Counted from the first letter of the stretch, positions 24,167 to 34,119 are shown. The stretch is 52,021 bases of DNA from Candidatus Omnitrophota bacterium (GCA_028711575.1 JAQTSA010000001.1:1-52021), one strand, 5' to 3'. The notes: generated from the sequence alone by a model not told the origin. Made by a program: numbers and translations.

Positions 24167-25499
24167 AATAGTGCCGATAAAAAAAATAAACAAAACTCTT
24201 TTTGTCGCGGCCGATAAATCTATTTCTCACCGGGCTTTGATTCTATCATCACTGACTAAATCTAAAACATTAATTTCGAATATTCTAGATAGTGATGATA
24301 TCAAAGCAACAATAGATTGTCTAAGGCGGCTTGGAGTAAGAATCGTCTTAAAACCTAAATCAATCGCTGTAGTTTACGGTGTGGGGAAATATTTTCTTAA
24401 AAAGCAATTGGTTAGGTTGTATGCCCGGGAGTCGGGAACGACTATCCGTCTGTTAACCGGTATTCTTTGCGCTCAGAAGTTTCCGGTCAAGTTTGAAGCC
24501 GGGCCGACTTTAAACCTTCGGCCGATGGCCAGAATCGTTTATCCTTTAAGAGAAATGAGCGCTGTTTTTAAAAATAAGGAAAGGAAACTTAAGACTAATT
24601 CCGAAAAAAATATATATCCGCCGCTTGAGATTGAACCGGCCAAAGCTATAACTGCCGGCAAATTTAAAATGGCAATTGCCAGCGCCCAAGTCAAATCAGC
24701 TTTAATTTTTGCCGCTCTTTATGCTCAAGAACAATCAGTAATAATTGAACCATATAAATCCAGGGACCATACCGAACGGATGCTTTCTTTGTTTAAAGCC
24801 GGTATTAAGGTTAAGTCGTCACGGATCGCGATTAACCCTTTAAAGAAACTGGTTTCACCGGGTAAGATTTTTGTCCCGGCAGACTTTTCCTCGGCAGCTT
24901 TTTTTATGGTGTTAGGCCTTATCGCTAAAGATAGCAAGATCTGTTTGAAGGACGTTAATCTTAATCCTACTCGCTCCGGGCTGCTTAAGGTTTTACGAAG
25001 AATGGGCGCAAGAATAAAAATCGCAAACAAAAAAAACGGGTTTGAACCTTATGGCGATATTTTCGTTGAGAGTTCTAAGCTTATTTCTGCCAATGTCTTG
25101 GCCGACGAAATACCTTTGATGATTGATGAGATTCCGATACTTTGCGTCGCGGCAAGTTTTGCTAAAGGTGTTACCAGGATATTTGGCCTCAGAGAACTTA
25201 AGGTTAAAGAAACTGACAGAATAAATTCGATGGTAAAAAATCTTACCCGTGCCGGAGTGAAGATAAAGGCTTCTAGCTACAAGAACAAAATAAACAATCA
25301 AACAGATTACTGCTTAACTATTTCCGGCCAGACTCGATTTAAGAAAGCAAGTTTTAATAGTTATCATGACCATCGCACGGCGATGAGTCTGATTATTTTT
25401 TCTCTTGCTTGCGGCCTTGAGAATAAAATTAATGATATCAGCTGCATTGATAAATCTTTTCCGGAATTTATAGCTATACTGGAAACTTTTTATTGCTAA
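24159..25499 (+). CDS. aroA: 3-phosphoshikimate 1-carboxyvinyltransferase (EPSP synthase)
   Basis: DKSISHRALIL, LKVKETDRI and HDHRTAMS motifs. Confidence 0.9.
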   Translation: MYKIVPIKKINKTLFVAADKSISHRALILSSLTKSKTLISNILDSDDIKATIDCLRRLGVRIVLKPKSIAVVYGVGKYFLKKQLVRLYARESGTTIRLLTGILCAQKFPVKFEAGPTLNLRPMARIVYPLREMSAVFKNKERKLKTNSEKNIYPPLEIEPAKAITAGKFKMAIASAQVKSALIFAALYAQEQSVIIEPYKSRDHTERMLSLFKAGIKVKSSRIAINPLKKLVSPGKIFVPADFSSAAFFMVLGLIAKDSKICLKDVNLNPTRSGLLKVLRRMGARIKIANKKNGFEPYGDIFVESSKLISANVLADEIPLMIDEIPILCVAASFAKGVTRIFGLRELKVKETDRINSMVKNLTRAGVKIKASSYKNKINNQTDYCLTISGQTRFKKASFNSYHDHRTAMSLIIFSLACGLENKINDISCIDKSFPEFIAILETFYC

Positions 25500-25505
25500 G
25501 AATTT

Positions 25506-26261
25506 ATGAAAATAATCCGCTTTAAGTATCAGAAAAAAATTTCCTGGGGTGAACTTAGAAAAAACGATGTATATTGTTTTAGCATGAGTCCTTTTAAAAG
25601 CATCAATTACAGCGGCTTAAAATTAAAACAAGTTGACGTTCAGTTCCTTGCTCCGGTAAACCCTTCGAAAGTTGTCTGTGTTGGACTTAATTACCGCGGC
25701 CATGCCCGGGAATTAGGGATGGCGGATTTTTCCGAACCGGTTATTTTCTTAAAACCTCAAAGTTCGGTGATTGGACCTGGCGCGGTAATCAAGTATCCAT
25801 CTTCTGTAAGCCGTCTTGATTATGAAGCTGAACTAGCTCTTGTTATCGGCAAGACTTGTTCGGCTGTTTCTGAGGAAGCGGCTCTTGAACATATATTTGG
25901 TTATACCGGTTTGAACGATGTTACGGCCCGCTGTATTCAGTCCCGGGACGGTCAATGGACTCGCGCTAAATCATTCGATACTTTTTGTCCGATAGGACCT
26001 TGTATCGAAACAAACTTAAAAAAGATAACGAACTGCCGAATAAAACTTTATTTAAATTCCCGGCTAAAACAAGATGGCTGTACTTCAGATTTTGTGTTCG
26101 CTATCAGGTATTTGGTTTCTTTTATTAGCCGGGTGATGACATTGTATCCGGGCGATATTATTTCTACCGGTACGCCTCAAGGTGTAGGGCCAATGCAAAG
26201 AGGTGATACTGTAGAAGTAAGTATAGAAGGTATCGGCCGGTTAAAAAATACAGTGGTTTGA
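25506..26261 (+). CDS. Fumarylacetoacetate hydrolase (FAH) family protein
   Basis: GLNYRGHARE, DYEAELALVIGK and PGDIISTGTPQGVG. Confidence 0.85.
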   Translation: MKIIRFKYQKKISWGELRKNDVYCFSMSPFKSINYSGLKLKQVDVQFLAPVNPSKVVCVGLNYRGHARELGMADFSEPVIFLKPQSSVIGPGAVIKYPSSVSRLDYEAELALVIGKTCSAVSEEAALEHIFGYTGLNDVTARCIQSRDGQWTRAKSFDTFCPIGPCIETNLKKITNCRIKLYLNSRLKQDGCTSDFVFAIRYLVSFISRVMTLYPGDIISTGTPQGVGPMQRGDTVEVSIEGIGRLKNTVV

Positions 26262-26327
26262 TCGTCTTTATTTTTTTTGCCGGGTTTGCGGTTTAGTGAT
26301 GTTTTTTCCAGAAAGCAGGAGGTAGCT

Positions 26328-26744
26328 ATGAAATCAGTAACTGAACACATAACGTTTGTTACCGGAGACAAGATAGAATTCGTTAATATAACTGATACAG
26401 TCCAAACAATCGTCACTAAAAGCGGGATTAAAGAAGGCCTCTGTTTGGTTAATTCAATGCATATTACTTCGTCAATATTTATCAATGATGAAGAACCGGG
26501 CTTAAAAAAAGATTTTAAAGCCTGGCTTGAAAAATTGGCTCCCAGCGAAATTAACTTATATAACCATAATTTGACCGGTGAGGATAATGGACACGCTCAT
26601 CTTAAAAGAACAGTTATGGGGCGAGAAACCGTTATTGCTGTAACTAAAGGAAAACTTGATTTCGGCCCTTGGGAACAGGTTTTTTACGGGGAATTCGACG
26701 GAAAACGGCCAAAACGGATATTGGTCAAGGTTCTGGGAAGTTAA
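26328..26744 (+). CDS. YjbQ/UPF0047 family protein (secondary thiamine-phosphate synthase-like)
   Basis: [23 protein letters not shown] and [19 protein letters not shown] 26328 is preceded by AGGAGG; the track start 26277 is less likely. Confidence 0.85.
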   Translation: MKSVTEHITFVTGDKIEFVNITDTVQTIVTKSGIKEGLCLVNSMHITSSIFINDEEPGLKKDFKAWLEKLAPSEINLYNHNLTGEDNGHAHLKRTVMGRETVIAVTKGKLDFGPWEQVFYGEFDGKRPKRILVKVLGS

Positions 26745-26768
26745 ATTTGAACCCTGGTTTTTTTTATT
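26726..26768 (+). terminator. Possible intrinsic terminator
   Basis: CAAGGTTC...GAACCCTG stem (one mismatch) followed by a T-run (GTTTTTTTTT). It spans the YjbQ stop codon. Confidence 0.4.
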
Positions 26769-26819
26769 GATCAATGTTATAATTTATTGGTGAACATTTT
26801 ATAAAAATGGGGGAATGAT

Positions 26820-27668
26820 ATGCGAAAGACATTTACTCTTACTGAAGTTATGATAGTTTTGATAGTTATCGGGGTTTTGATTACTATTGCTGTACCTATT
26901 TATAGCAATATTGTTGAAGGCTCTAAGTCTACTATTTGTAAAGTTAATTTAAGAGTTCTTTTGGGCGCTTTAGAGAGTTTCAGTATGGACGAAAATGTTC
27001 TTCCGGCATCATTAAGTCAATTACGTCAGCAAGACCTTCAAAGAGCTTGGGCAAAAGTGTTTAAAGAAGATAACCCTTTTAAAATAAAATTGGCTTATTT
27101 TATTGTCGATTTTGACAATCATGGAGCGGCCTATGCTCAAAATTCCTGGACGAAACGTTATACTGGATCGGGTTTGGGCGATTTGGCTTGCCCAAAAGAT
27201 CTTACTCCCCCGCCGGATGGCGTTTCTTACGGTATAAATAGGGTTTGTTCGGGTATTACTAATGAGCAATATAGCGCCCTTGATCAAGATACGATTGTTA
27301 TTGCTGATAGCGATAGTGATATTTTCAATTCTGTGGAATATCGGCATAATCATTATCGTATTTTTTCAAAAGTTGAATATGCTAACGCGATAACTAAGTC
27401 TCGAGAATTTTTTAATCCCTATATTTCTGGTGATGACAACGGCAATGGTGATGACAACGGCAATGGTGATGACAACGGCAATGGTGATGACAACGGCAAT
27501 GGTGATGACAATGGCAATGGCAATGGTGATGACAACGGCAATGGTGATGACAACGGCAATGGTGATGACAACGGCAATGGTGATGACAACGGCAATGGTC
27601 ATGGCCACCAAAATCAAAATAGAAGAGGGCATGGCCGTAGCGATAACTACGGTTTTGGCTGTATTTAA
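26820..27668 (+). CDS. Type IV pilin-like / pseudopilin protein with a C-terminal (GDDNGN)n repeat
   Basis: The N-terminus MRKTFTLTEVMIVLIVIGVLITIAVPIY is a prepilin-type methylation motif (FTLxE with Glu+5, but Thr instead of Gly at -1) plus a hydrophobic helix. The C-terminal Asp/Asn/Gly repeats are followed by a basic His/Gly tail. Confidence 0.8.
   Translation: MRKTFTLTEVMIVLIVIGVLITIAVPIYSNIVEGSKSTICKVNLRVLLGALESFSMDENVLPASLSQLRQQDLQRAWAKVFKEDNPFKIKLAYFIVDFDNHGAAYAQNSWTKRYTGSGLGDLACPKDLTPPPDGVSYGINRVCSGITNEQYSALDQDTIVIADSDSDIFNSVEYRHNHYRIFSKVEYANAITKSREFFNPYISGDDNGNGDDNGNGDDNGNGDDNGNGDDNGNGNGDDNGNGDDNGNGDDNGNGDDNGNGHGHQNQNRRGHGRSDNYGFGCI
27429..27596 (+). repeat. Perfect 18-bp in-frame tandem repeat, 9 copies plus one 6-bp half unit
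   Basis: GGTGATGACAACGGCAAT repeats from 27429. Eight copies are identical. One has AAC>AAT (27501-27518), followed by an extra GGCAAT (27519-27524). Confidence 0.95.
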
Positions 27669-27699
27669 AGTCGGTAATTTATAGTTACTACATAATATT

Positions 27700-30039
27700 G
27701 TGACAAAACGTAATATTTTAGTCCTGGCGGTAATAGGACTTATTTCTTTTTTGAGTTTTTTCTATTCCTCGGTATTATTCTCTTCCCAAGTATTGGCGAT
27801 TAACGATTTGGTTACTAAATTTGTTTATGCTTTAAATAAACCCCAGCCAGAGTTTTCCAAAGATATAGTTGTTGTAAGAATTGATGATTATTCTTTGCAA
27901 AAAATGGACCAAAAATGGCCTTTTCGGCGCCTGGCTTATGCCAAAGCGGTCGAGATACTCAATCGTCATCAAGCGGCGGTAGTTGCTTTTGATATTGTAT
28001 TCAGCGGTAAAGAAGAACTCAAAGAAGATGATATTTTGTTTTCAGAGACCCTGGCCTTAAGCAAATCAAAAATAGTTATGGGTTCTTACCTGAGGAATGA
28101 TGATATTGTTTTACCTTCTCAAACTCTGGTTGAGAATGCTTCATTGGGTTTTGTTAACGCTTTAAATGATCGTGACGGTAAGGTTCGAAGAATTTGGGTT
28201 CATATCGATCGGGAAGGGTTCTCCGGTTTTTCTTTGCCGATTAAAGTTGTTTCTTCTTTCTTAAATGATGATGTGAAAATTTACGACAGCGTCAGAATTA
28301 GAGATAAAATAATTCCCGCGAAAAACTACTCTTATAATTTCAAAAGTTTTCGGCAGGATCCCTCTAACCAAAGCAGTTATTTGGTTCTGCCGGTAAAGTA
28401 TTCTTTGAAAGAAAAAGATTTCAGGTCAATATCTTTTTATGATCTCCTGCAGGAAAAGATGCCGGAAGATTTTTTCAAAGACAAAATAGTTCTTGTAGGC
28501 GCGACGGCGGAAATCGTTCATGATATAGTAGACACTCCTTTTGGCCGGATGCCAGGCGTGTTCGTGCATGCCAATACCGTACTTTCTATTTTGAAAAATA
28601 AGTATCTTACTACGCCGGCTTTGCCGGTTTTGCTTTTCTTTTTAGTGGTTGTCATTTTGATTACTGGACTGACGGTTTTAAACTCCAATTTTATAGTTGG
28701 CACGGTATATTCAGTTGGCTTTATTCTCCTGGTTTTTTGGGGGGCTGTTGTTTTAGAGGTTGCCGGTTGGAAGGTTCCTTTTGGCCAGTATATTACTGCT
28801 AGCGTTACTTTTTTTGTCTTGGCTAATTTTTATAATTATATAAAGTTTTTTTCGGTTTTGGTCATGATTCGAAAACAAATGACTATTGATCCAATCACTA
28901 ATCTTTTCAGAACAAGATATTTTTATCAGCGGGCGGTGCTGGAGAGGCGAAGTTTACCGAAAAAAAACTGTTATCTGGCCGTTATCGTCTTAAGCGATTT
29001 TGAAGGACGGATTAAAGGTAAAACCGGGGATAAGGTTAAAAAAATTTGGCAGAAAATCAATGAAATCCTTCGATCGGTTTCCCCTTTATGGTGCAGGTAT
29101 TCGCGCGATGTTATTTTGGGGATTCGCAAAGGGAAAATTGATGTGGCCAATCTTTATGATTCGTTAAAAATATTAAGCTTTGAAGAGGATATCAAAGTAA
29201 ATATAAAGGTTGGTCTCCTTGACGTTGGGCCTTACCCTAATATTCGGGACATGGTTCCTTTTCTGATCGAAGATCTGGAAAAGAAACAGGAAAATGTGGT
29301 CGCTTTTCAGAAAAATGAAATCACAGTCCGTTCTAAGAAAACTCATTCCGATAATGATTTTATTTCTTCCTTCTACCAAGAAGCCGAGGAACGGACCCAG
29401 GAGTTATTACAGACAAAAGAAAATTTGATTGAAGAAGAACGCAAAACCAAAGATGCTTACCTTCAAGTTATAACATCTTTGGTCAGTGCTTTGGAATCTA
29501 AGGACCCTTATACAGAGGGTCATTCTGAGCGGGTATCACATTATGCCGTTCTTTTAGCCGAAAGAATAGGTATGCCTCAAGAAGAAATAAATAAGGTAAG
29601 TAAAGCGGCGATTCTTCATGATATCGGTAAAATCGGGATATCGGATACGATATTACAAAAAAAAGATAAACTGACAGACGATGAGTTTAAGATTATTAAA
29701 GAACATGAGATCTTAAGCGTTAAAATTCTCCAGCCGATTGAAGAGTTTAAAGAAATATTACCTTACATCCTTCATCATCATGAGGGGTTTGATGGTAGCG
29801 GATATCCCCACGGTTTATCCGGTGATTTTATACCTTTAGGGGCAAGGGTTATTACGGTCGCTGATATTTTTGATGCTCTGATTACCGGCCGAAGTTACAA
29901 AAAAGCCTATACCATAGAAGAAACTATCAGTATTTTGCTTGAACTAAAAAATAAAAAATTGGACCCATTTTTGGTCGATAAATTTCTGGAGATAATTAAA
30001 GAACGGCATATAACTTCATCTTTTGTAAGAAAACCCTGA
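27700..30039 (+). CDS. CHASE2 sensor - degenerate GGDEF - HD-GYP phosphodiesterase membrane protein
   Basis: N-terminal TM helix, a periplasmic CHASE2-like region and three further TM helices. The GGDEF-like region has RYSRDVILGI in place of GGDEF. HD-GYP motifs are HSERV, LHDIGKI and HHHEGFDGSGYP. Confidence 0.85.
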   Translation: MTKRNILVLAVIGLISFLSFFYSSVLFSSQVLAINDLVTKFVYALNKPQPEFSKDIVVVRIDDYSLQKMDQKWPFRRLAYAKAVEILNRHQAAVVAFDIVFSGKEELKEDDILFSETLALSKSKIVMGSYLRNDDIVLPSQTLVENASLGFVNALNDRDGKVRRIWVHIDREGFSGFSLPIKVVSSFLNDDVKIYDSVRIRDKIIPAKNYSYNFKSFRQDPSNQSSYLVLPVKYSLKEKDFRSISFYDLLQEKMPEDFFKDKIVLVGATAEIVHDIVDTPFGRMPGVFVHANTVLSILKNKYLTTPALPVLLFFLVVVILITGLTVLNSNFIVGTVYSVGFILLVFWGAVVLEVAGWKVPFGQYITASVTFFVLANFYNYIKFFSVLVMIRKQMTIDPITNLFRTRYFYQRAVLERRSLPKKNCYLAVIVLSDFEGRIKGKTGDKVKKIWQKINEILRSVSPLWCRYSRDVILGIRKGKIDVANLYDSLKILSFEEDIKVNIKVGLLDVGPYPNIRDMVPFLIEDLEKKQENVVAFQKNEITVRSKKTHSDNDFISSFYQEAEERTQELLQTKENLIEEERKTKDAYLQVITSLVSALESKDPYTEGHSERVSHYAVLLAERIGMPQEEINKVSKAAILHDIGKIGISDTILQKKDKLTDDEFKIIKEHEILSVKILQPIEEFKEILPYILHHHEGFDGSGYPHGLSGDFIPLGARVITVADIFDALITGRSYKKAYTIEETISILLELKNKKLDPFLVDKFLEIIKERHITSSFVRKP

Positions 30040-30292
30040 AAATTTATAAATACCTATCTTTTTGAGGCCTAATGACTAAAAAAGCTTTAGTCCTTTGCTG
30101 TGATTTTTTTCTCCAGCGGCCTTAACGATAAAATACTTTAAATTACTTGACGAATTTTGACAATTATGATAATTTAAATTACTAATTTACATCCTGAAAT
30201 CAGCTATTTTTTTAAATTGGCGGATTTTGATTATAATGAATTAGACGCGAATATAAGAATTTACTAAAAGGATTATATCAGGGAGGGAATAC

Positions 30293-30931
30293 ATGAAAAA
30301 AATAATAGTTTTTACATTGCTTGTGAGTTTTCTTTTTGTAAATGGCTGTGCCCTTGTTTTTCAAAAAGGTCGTAGCTCGGATTTAAAGAAAATAGAAAGC
30401 CTGAAAGAAAAGCTAGATGAATTCGCTAATACAAAAAGTCTGCTTGAAGAACGTCTTTCTCAGGAAATTAGAGATAAGAAAGTAAGTTTGACAAGAGCTG
30501 AGAAAGGTTTGGTTATAACCTTTGTAGCTGAAATTCTTTTTGATTCCGGTAAAGCTGTTTTGCGGCAGGATAGCCTTCCTATCTTAGATAAAGTAGTCAG
30601 AATTTTAAAAGAGGAAGTTCCCCAAAATAGTATCGGTGTTGAAGGACACACTGATAATGAACCAATTAAACACTCTAAATGGCAGTCCAATTGGGAACTT
30701 TCCGCTCATCGCGCGCTCGGTGTTTTATATTACTTAGAAAGCGAAGGTGTTTCTCCAATGCGTTTATCGGCTATTGGTTATGGCGAGTATCAACCGGTGG
30801 CGTCAAATGATACCGATCAAGGGAAGCAATTAAATCGAAGGGTTGAGATAGTTATTCTGCCTAAATCAATTAAGAAAATCGAGAAAGAAGACAATATCGG
30901 CGGTTCATTTGACGAAGAAGAGCTTAAATAA
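30293..30931 (+). CDS. OmpA/MotB-family peptidoglycan-binding lipoprotein
   Basis: Lipobox LFVNGC, GHTDNEPIK...SNWELSAHRA and NRRVEIVI. Confidence 0.9.
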   Translation: MKKIIVFTLLVSFLFVNGCALVFQKGRSSDLKKIESLKEKLDEFANTKSLLEERLSQEIRDKKVSLTRAEKGLVITFVAEILFDSGKAVLRQDSLPILDKVVRILKEEVPQNSIGVEGHTDNEPIKHSKWQSNWELSAHRALGVLYYLESEGVSPMRLSAIGYGEYQPVASNDTDQGKQLNRRVEIVILPKSIKKIEKEDNIGGSFDEEELK

Positions 30932-30978
30932 TTTTTTGCTGAAAAATTAGTTGAAAGAGGTTTTTAAGGTATAGATAG

Positions 30979-31395
30979 ATGAAAGATAAACCGTTAATAG
31001 TCAGCCTGCTTTTAGGGCTAATAGTTTTTTTGATAATTGCCGGTGTATCTCTCTTAGTTAAGATGAACGCCTTAGACAAGGATTTCAAGATGGTCTCAAC
31101 TGATAGTCTGACTTATCAGGAAAAGATTGAAGAATTTAAAGTGGCTAAACAATTGCTTGAGAAAGAAAAAAGCTCTTTAGAAGCGAAGGTAAATGAGCTA
31201 AGTTATGAGTTAACACAAGTTAAGATGCAATATCAAAACACTCAGAATGAGTTTCTAAAGTTAGAAAAACTCAAAGAAAAGTTGGAAGAAAATCTAAAAG
31301 AAGAGCTTATGAGAAGCCAGTTGGTTGAAGAAGAGTTTTTAAAGGCTGAAAAAAAAGTTAATGAGAGTTCCAATGAAGCGGTAGGGCGTAAGTAA
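30979..31395 (+). CDS. Hypothetical membrane-anchored coiled-coil protein
   Basis: One N-terminal TM helix (LIVSLLLGLIVFLIIAGVSLLV) followed by Glu/Lys/Leu-rich heptad-like sequence. Confidence 0.65.
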   Translation: MKDKPLIVSLLLGLIVFLIIAGVSLLVKMNALDKDFKMVSTDSLTYQEKIEEFKVAKQLLEKEKSSLEAKVNELSYELTQVKMQYQNTQNEFLKLEKLKEKLEENLKEELMRSQLVEEEFLKAEKKVNESSNEAVGRK

Positions 31396-31423
31396 TTTTA
31401 GAAGCTTTATTACTGCTTTTATC

Positions 31424-31452
31424 AGGGGGCCTTTTAGCCCCCTTTATTTTTT
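31424..31452 (+). terminator. Rho-independent terminator
   Basis: AGGGGGC-CTTTTA-GCCCCCT stem-loop followed by TTATTTTTT, 30 nt after the stop of the coiled-coil gene. Confidence 0.7.
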
Positions 31453-31468
31453 GAGACAAATAAATCTA

Positions 31469-32170
31469 ATGAAAGTTCCAAAACATATCGCGATAATTAT
31501 GGACGGCAATGGCCGCTGGGCCAAAAGTAGGGGGTTGCCGAGAACGATGGGCCATCTTGAAGGGTCAAAACGATTTCGGGAGATAGTGAAAGAGTCTCTT
31601 AATCTAGGGATAAAAGCCCTGACAGCTTTTGCTTTTTCTACTGAAAATTGGGCTCGCTCCAAGAAAGAAGTTGATTTTCTTTTTAATAATATGGCCGGCT
31701 TTGTCAAGACCTATAAGAAGGAGTTAATTGCTAATGGCGCGAAATTCAATTTTATTGGCCGGCGTGACCGTTTGCCTCAATTTTTGGTAGGAGAACTTGA
31801 AAAACTTGAAGCAGAAACTTATCCTAACAAAAAGTTTATCCTCAATGTAGCCTTAGATTACGGCGGACGCTGGGATATTGTCGAGGCTGCCAAGAAAATA
31901 GCTGTTGATTATAAAAACAATAAGATAAAAAAGGAAAACATTGATGAATTATTGTTTAGTGATTATCTTTCTTTGTCCGGAATTTGCCCGCCTGATTTAT
32001 TAATTAGAACGTCAGGCGAAAAACGAATAAGTAATTTTTTGCTTTGGGATTTAGCTTATGCTGAATTTTATTTTACCGATATCCATTGGCCGGATTTTAA
32101 AAAGAGTCAATTACATCTTGCGGTAGAAGAATACTCAAAAAGAGACAGAAGGTTTGGTCGAGATGCGTAA
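31469..32170 (+). CDS. uppS: Undecaprenyl (isoprenyl) diphosphate synthase
   Basis: HIAIIMDGNGRWA, FAFSTENW and RTSGEKRISNFLLW. ATG 31469 is preferred over the track's TTG 31451. Confidence 0.95.
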   Translation: MKVPKHIAIIMDGNGRWAKSRGLPRTMGHLEGSKRFREIVKESLNLGIKALTAFAFSTENWARSKKEVDFLFNNMAGFVKTYKKELIANGAKFNFIGRRDRLPQFLVGELEKLEAETYPNKKFILNVALDYGGRWDIVEAAKKIAVDYKNNKIKKENIDELLFSDYLSLSGICPPDLLIRTSGEKRISNFLLWDLAYAEFYFTDIHWPDFKKSQLHLAVEEYSKRDRRFGRDA

Positions 32171-32963
32171 GAGAATTATTTCTGGAACAATTTTTGGTTT
32201 AGTTGGTCTGTTTGCCGCTATATATCCTACCTTTTGCGCGGCGGTAGTTACTTTATTAACTTTTATCGCTTTATATGAATTTTTTTATATGGTTGAAAAA
32301 AAAGGCGTACGCCTTTTTGTCGCTTTTGGATTATGTGTCGGCACAGTAATCCCGATAACTATTAATTATCGGTTCGCGGTAAGCGAAGGCCGGCAATTTT
32401 TATTTATAATTATCGCTTTGTTTATGCTGTTTATATTAGAGCTGACTAAAAAGAAAACTCATCAGGCAATACTTTCTATTTCGGCGACCACCTTTGGTAT
32501 TATTTATATTTCATGGTGTTTTAGTTTTCTTATTCGGATTCGTCAGTTTCCAGGCGGGGCAATGCTCGGCCTTTTCCTTTTGGTGGTAACTAAATCATCG
32601 GATATCGGCGCTTATTTTTGGGGGCGAAAGTATGGTAAGACTCCGCTGATCAAAAGAGTGAGTCCGAAAAAGTCGTTAGAAGGTTCAATTGGCGGTTTTT
32701 TTACGAGTTTGTTATCGGGATTAATCCTTGTACCGTTGACTCCGATTATTAAAGATTTAATGTTCGTTCAGAATGTTTTTTTGATCATAATTTTAGCGAT
32801 TCTTTCCCAACTTGGTGATTTATTCGAGTCGCTTATTAAACGGGATTGTCAGGTTAAAGATTCCGGTAAACTTTTACCGGGAATGGGCGGGGTGTTGGAT
32901 GTGATTGATAGTATAATTTTTACAGCTCCGACATTTTATCTTTATTTAACAATGATGCGGTAA
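32163..32963 (+). CDS. cdsA: Phosphatidate cytidylyltransferase
   Basis: SDIGAYFWGRKYGKTPL..SPKKSLEGSIGG and PGMGGVLD. ATG 32163 overlaps the end of uppS by 8 nt. Confidence 0.9.
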   Translation: MRKRIISGTIFGLVGLFAAIYPTFCAAVVTLLTFIALYEFFYMVEKKGVRLFVAFGLCVGTVIPITINYRFAVSEGRQFLFIIIALFMLFILELTKKKTHQAILSISATTFGIIYISWCFSFLIRIRQFPGGAMLGLFLLVVTKSSDIGAYFWGRKYGKTPLIKRVSPKKSLEGSIGGFFTSLLSGLILVPLTPIIKDLMFVQNVFLIIILAILSQLGDLFESLIKRDCQVKDSGKLLPGMGGVLDVIDSIIFTAPTFYLYLTMMR

Positions 32964-32976
32964 GGTTTTAATTTCT

Positions 32977-34119
32977 ATGAAAGACGTACTTATTTTTGGC
33001 TCAAGCGGGTCTATCGGGAAAAGTTCTTTGGATTTTTTAAGCAAACACGAAGAGTTTAGAATTAAAGGCCTTTGTGTAAACCGTGATATCCAAACTTTAA
33101 AAAAACAAATAGATAAGTTTCGGCCTGGTTATGTTTGCGTTGTTGATGAAGCCCAAGCTGAAAAATTAAGAAAAGTTCTTTCGCCGAAAGTAAGATTTTT
33201 TAAGGGCGAAAGCGGATTAAAAGAGTTTTCGGCGATAGAATCCGATATATCGCTTATGGCTATTTCCGGGATATCATCTTTGGTGCCGTTACTTATAAAT
33301 ATCGGTTATACCAAAAGGGTTGCTTTAGCTAATAAAGAGGCTATCGTTATTGCCGGTTCTTTGATCTTTTCAAAAGCTAAACTAAAAAATACTGAGATAA
33401 TACCGGTTGATAGTGAAATCAGCGCTTTGTTTCAGCTTTTTATGCGAAAATACGATGAATTTGAAAAAGTTTATCTTACCGCTTCCGGAGGAGCTTTAAG
33501 AAATTACCCTGAATCTGATTTGCTGAGAATTACGGCAAAGGAAGTTTTGGCGCATCCTAATTGGAGTATGGGCCAGCGGATTACGGTTGATAGCGCGACT
33601 TTGGTGAATAAAGCTTTTGAGGTTATCGAAACTCATCGCTTTTTCGATATCGATTATAATAATATCGACGTAATTCTTCATCGGGAATCGATTGTCCACG
33701 CGATGGTTGAGTACAGAGATAAGACAGTTTTTAGTTGTCTTTATCCGCCAAACATGTCTATTCCGATAAGTTACGCTTTTTTTTATCCTAGCCGTGTAAT
33801 GAGCGTTAAGGGCCTAAGTTTTGAAAAGGGGTTGAAGCTATCTTTTGAACCGGTAGATTATACCCGTTATCCGCTTCTGGAGACGATAATTAAAACGGCA
33901 AAAAAGGAGGATAACGGATTGGCGGTTCTTAATGCCTGTGATGAAGTCACGGTTGATTATTTCTTAAGAGATAAAATAAAGTTTCCTGAGATCGCAGGAG
34001 TTTTAAAATATTTTTCAAAAAAGTATCCCTCAGCGATAATAAAAAACGTAGAGGACGTTTTTTATTGGGATCGGTGGGCCCGAGAAAAAACTAAGGAGTA
34101 TTTAGAAAAATTATGTTAA
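32977..34119 (+). CDS. dxr: 1-deoxy-D-xylulose 5-phosphate reductoisomerase
   Basis: GSSGSIGKSSLD, LANKEAIV and HPNWSMGQRITVDSATL. Confidence 0.95.
   Translation: MKDVLIFGSSGSIGKSSLDFLSKHEEFRIKGLCVNRDIQTLKKQIDKFRPGYVCVVDEAQAEKLRKVLSPKVRFFKGESGLKEFSAIESDISLMAISGISSLVPLLINIGYTKRVALANKEAIVIAGSLIFSKAKLKNTEIIPVDSEISALFQLFMRKYDEFEKVYLTASGGALRNYPESDLLRITAKEVLAHPNWSMGQRITVDSATLVNKAFEVIETHRFFDIDYNNIDVILHRESIVHAMVEYRDKTVFSCLYPPNMSIPISYAFFYPSRVMSVKGLSFEKGLKLSFEPVDYTRYPLLETIIKTAKKEDNGLAVLNACDEVTVDYFLRDKIKFPEIAGVLKYFSKKYPSAIIKNVEDVFYWDRWAREKTKEYLEKLC

Noticed and set aside
27366-27684. Track ORFs 27366..27632 (-) and 27430..27684 (+), with (VVITIA)n and (MVMTTA)n translations.
   Set aside because: These are alternative-frame and antisense readings of the 18-bp tandem repeat inside the pilin-like gene. 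They are open only because the repeat unit lacks stops in those frames.
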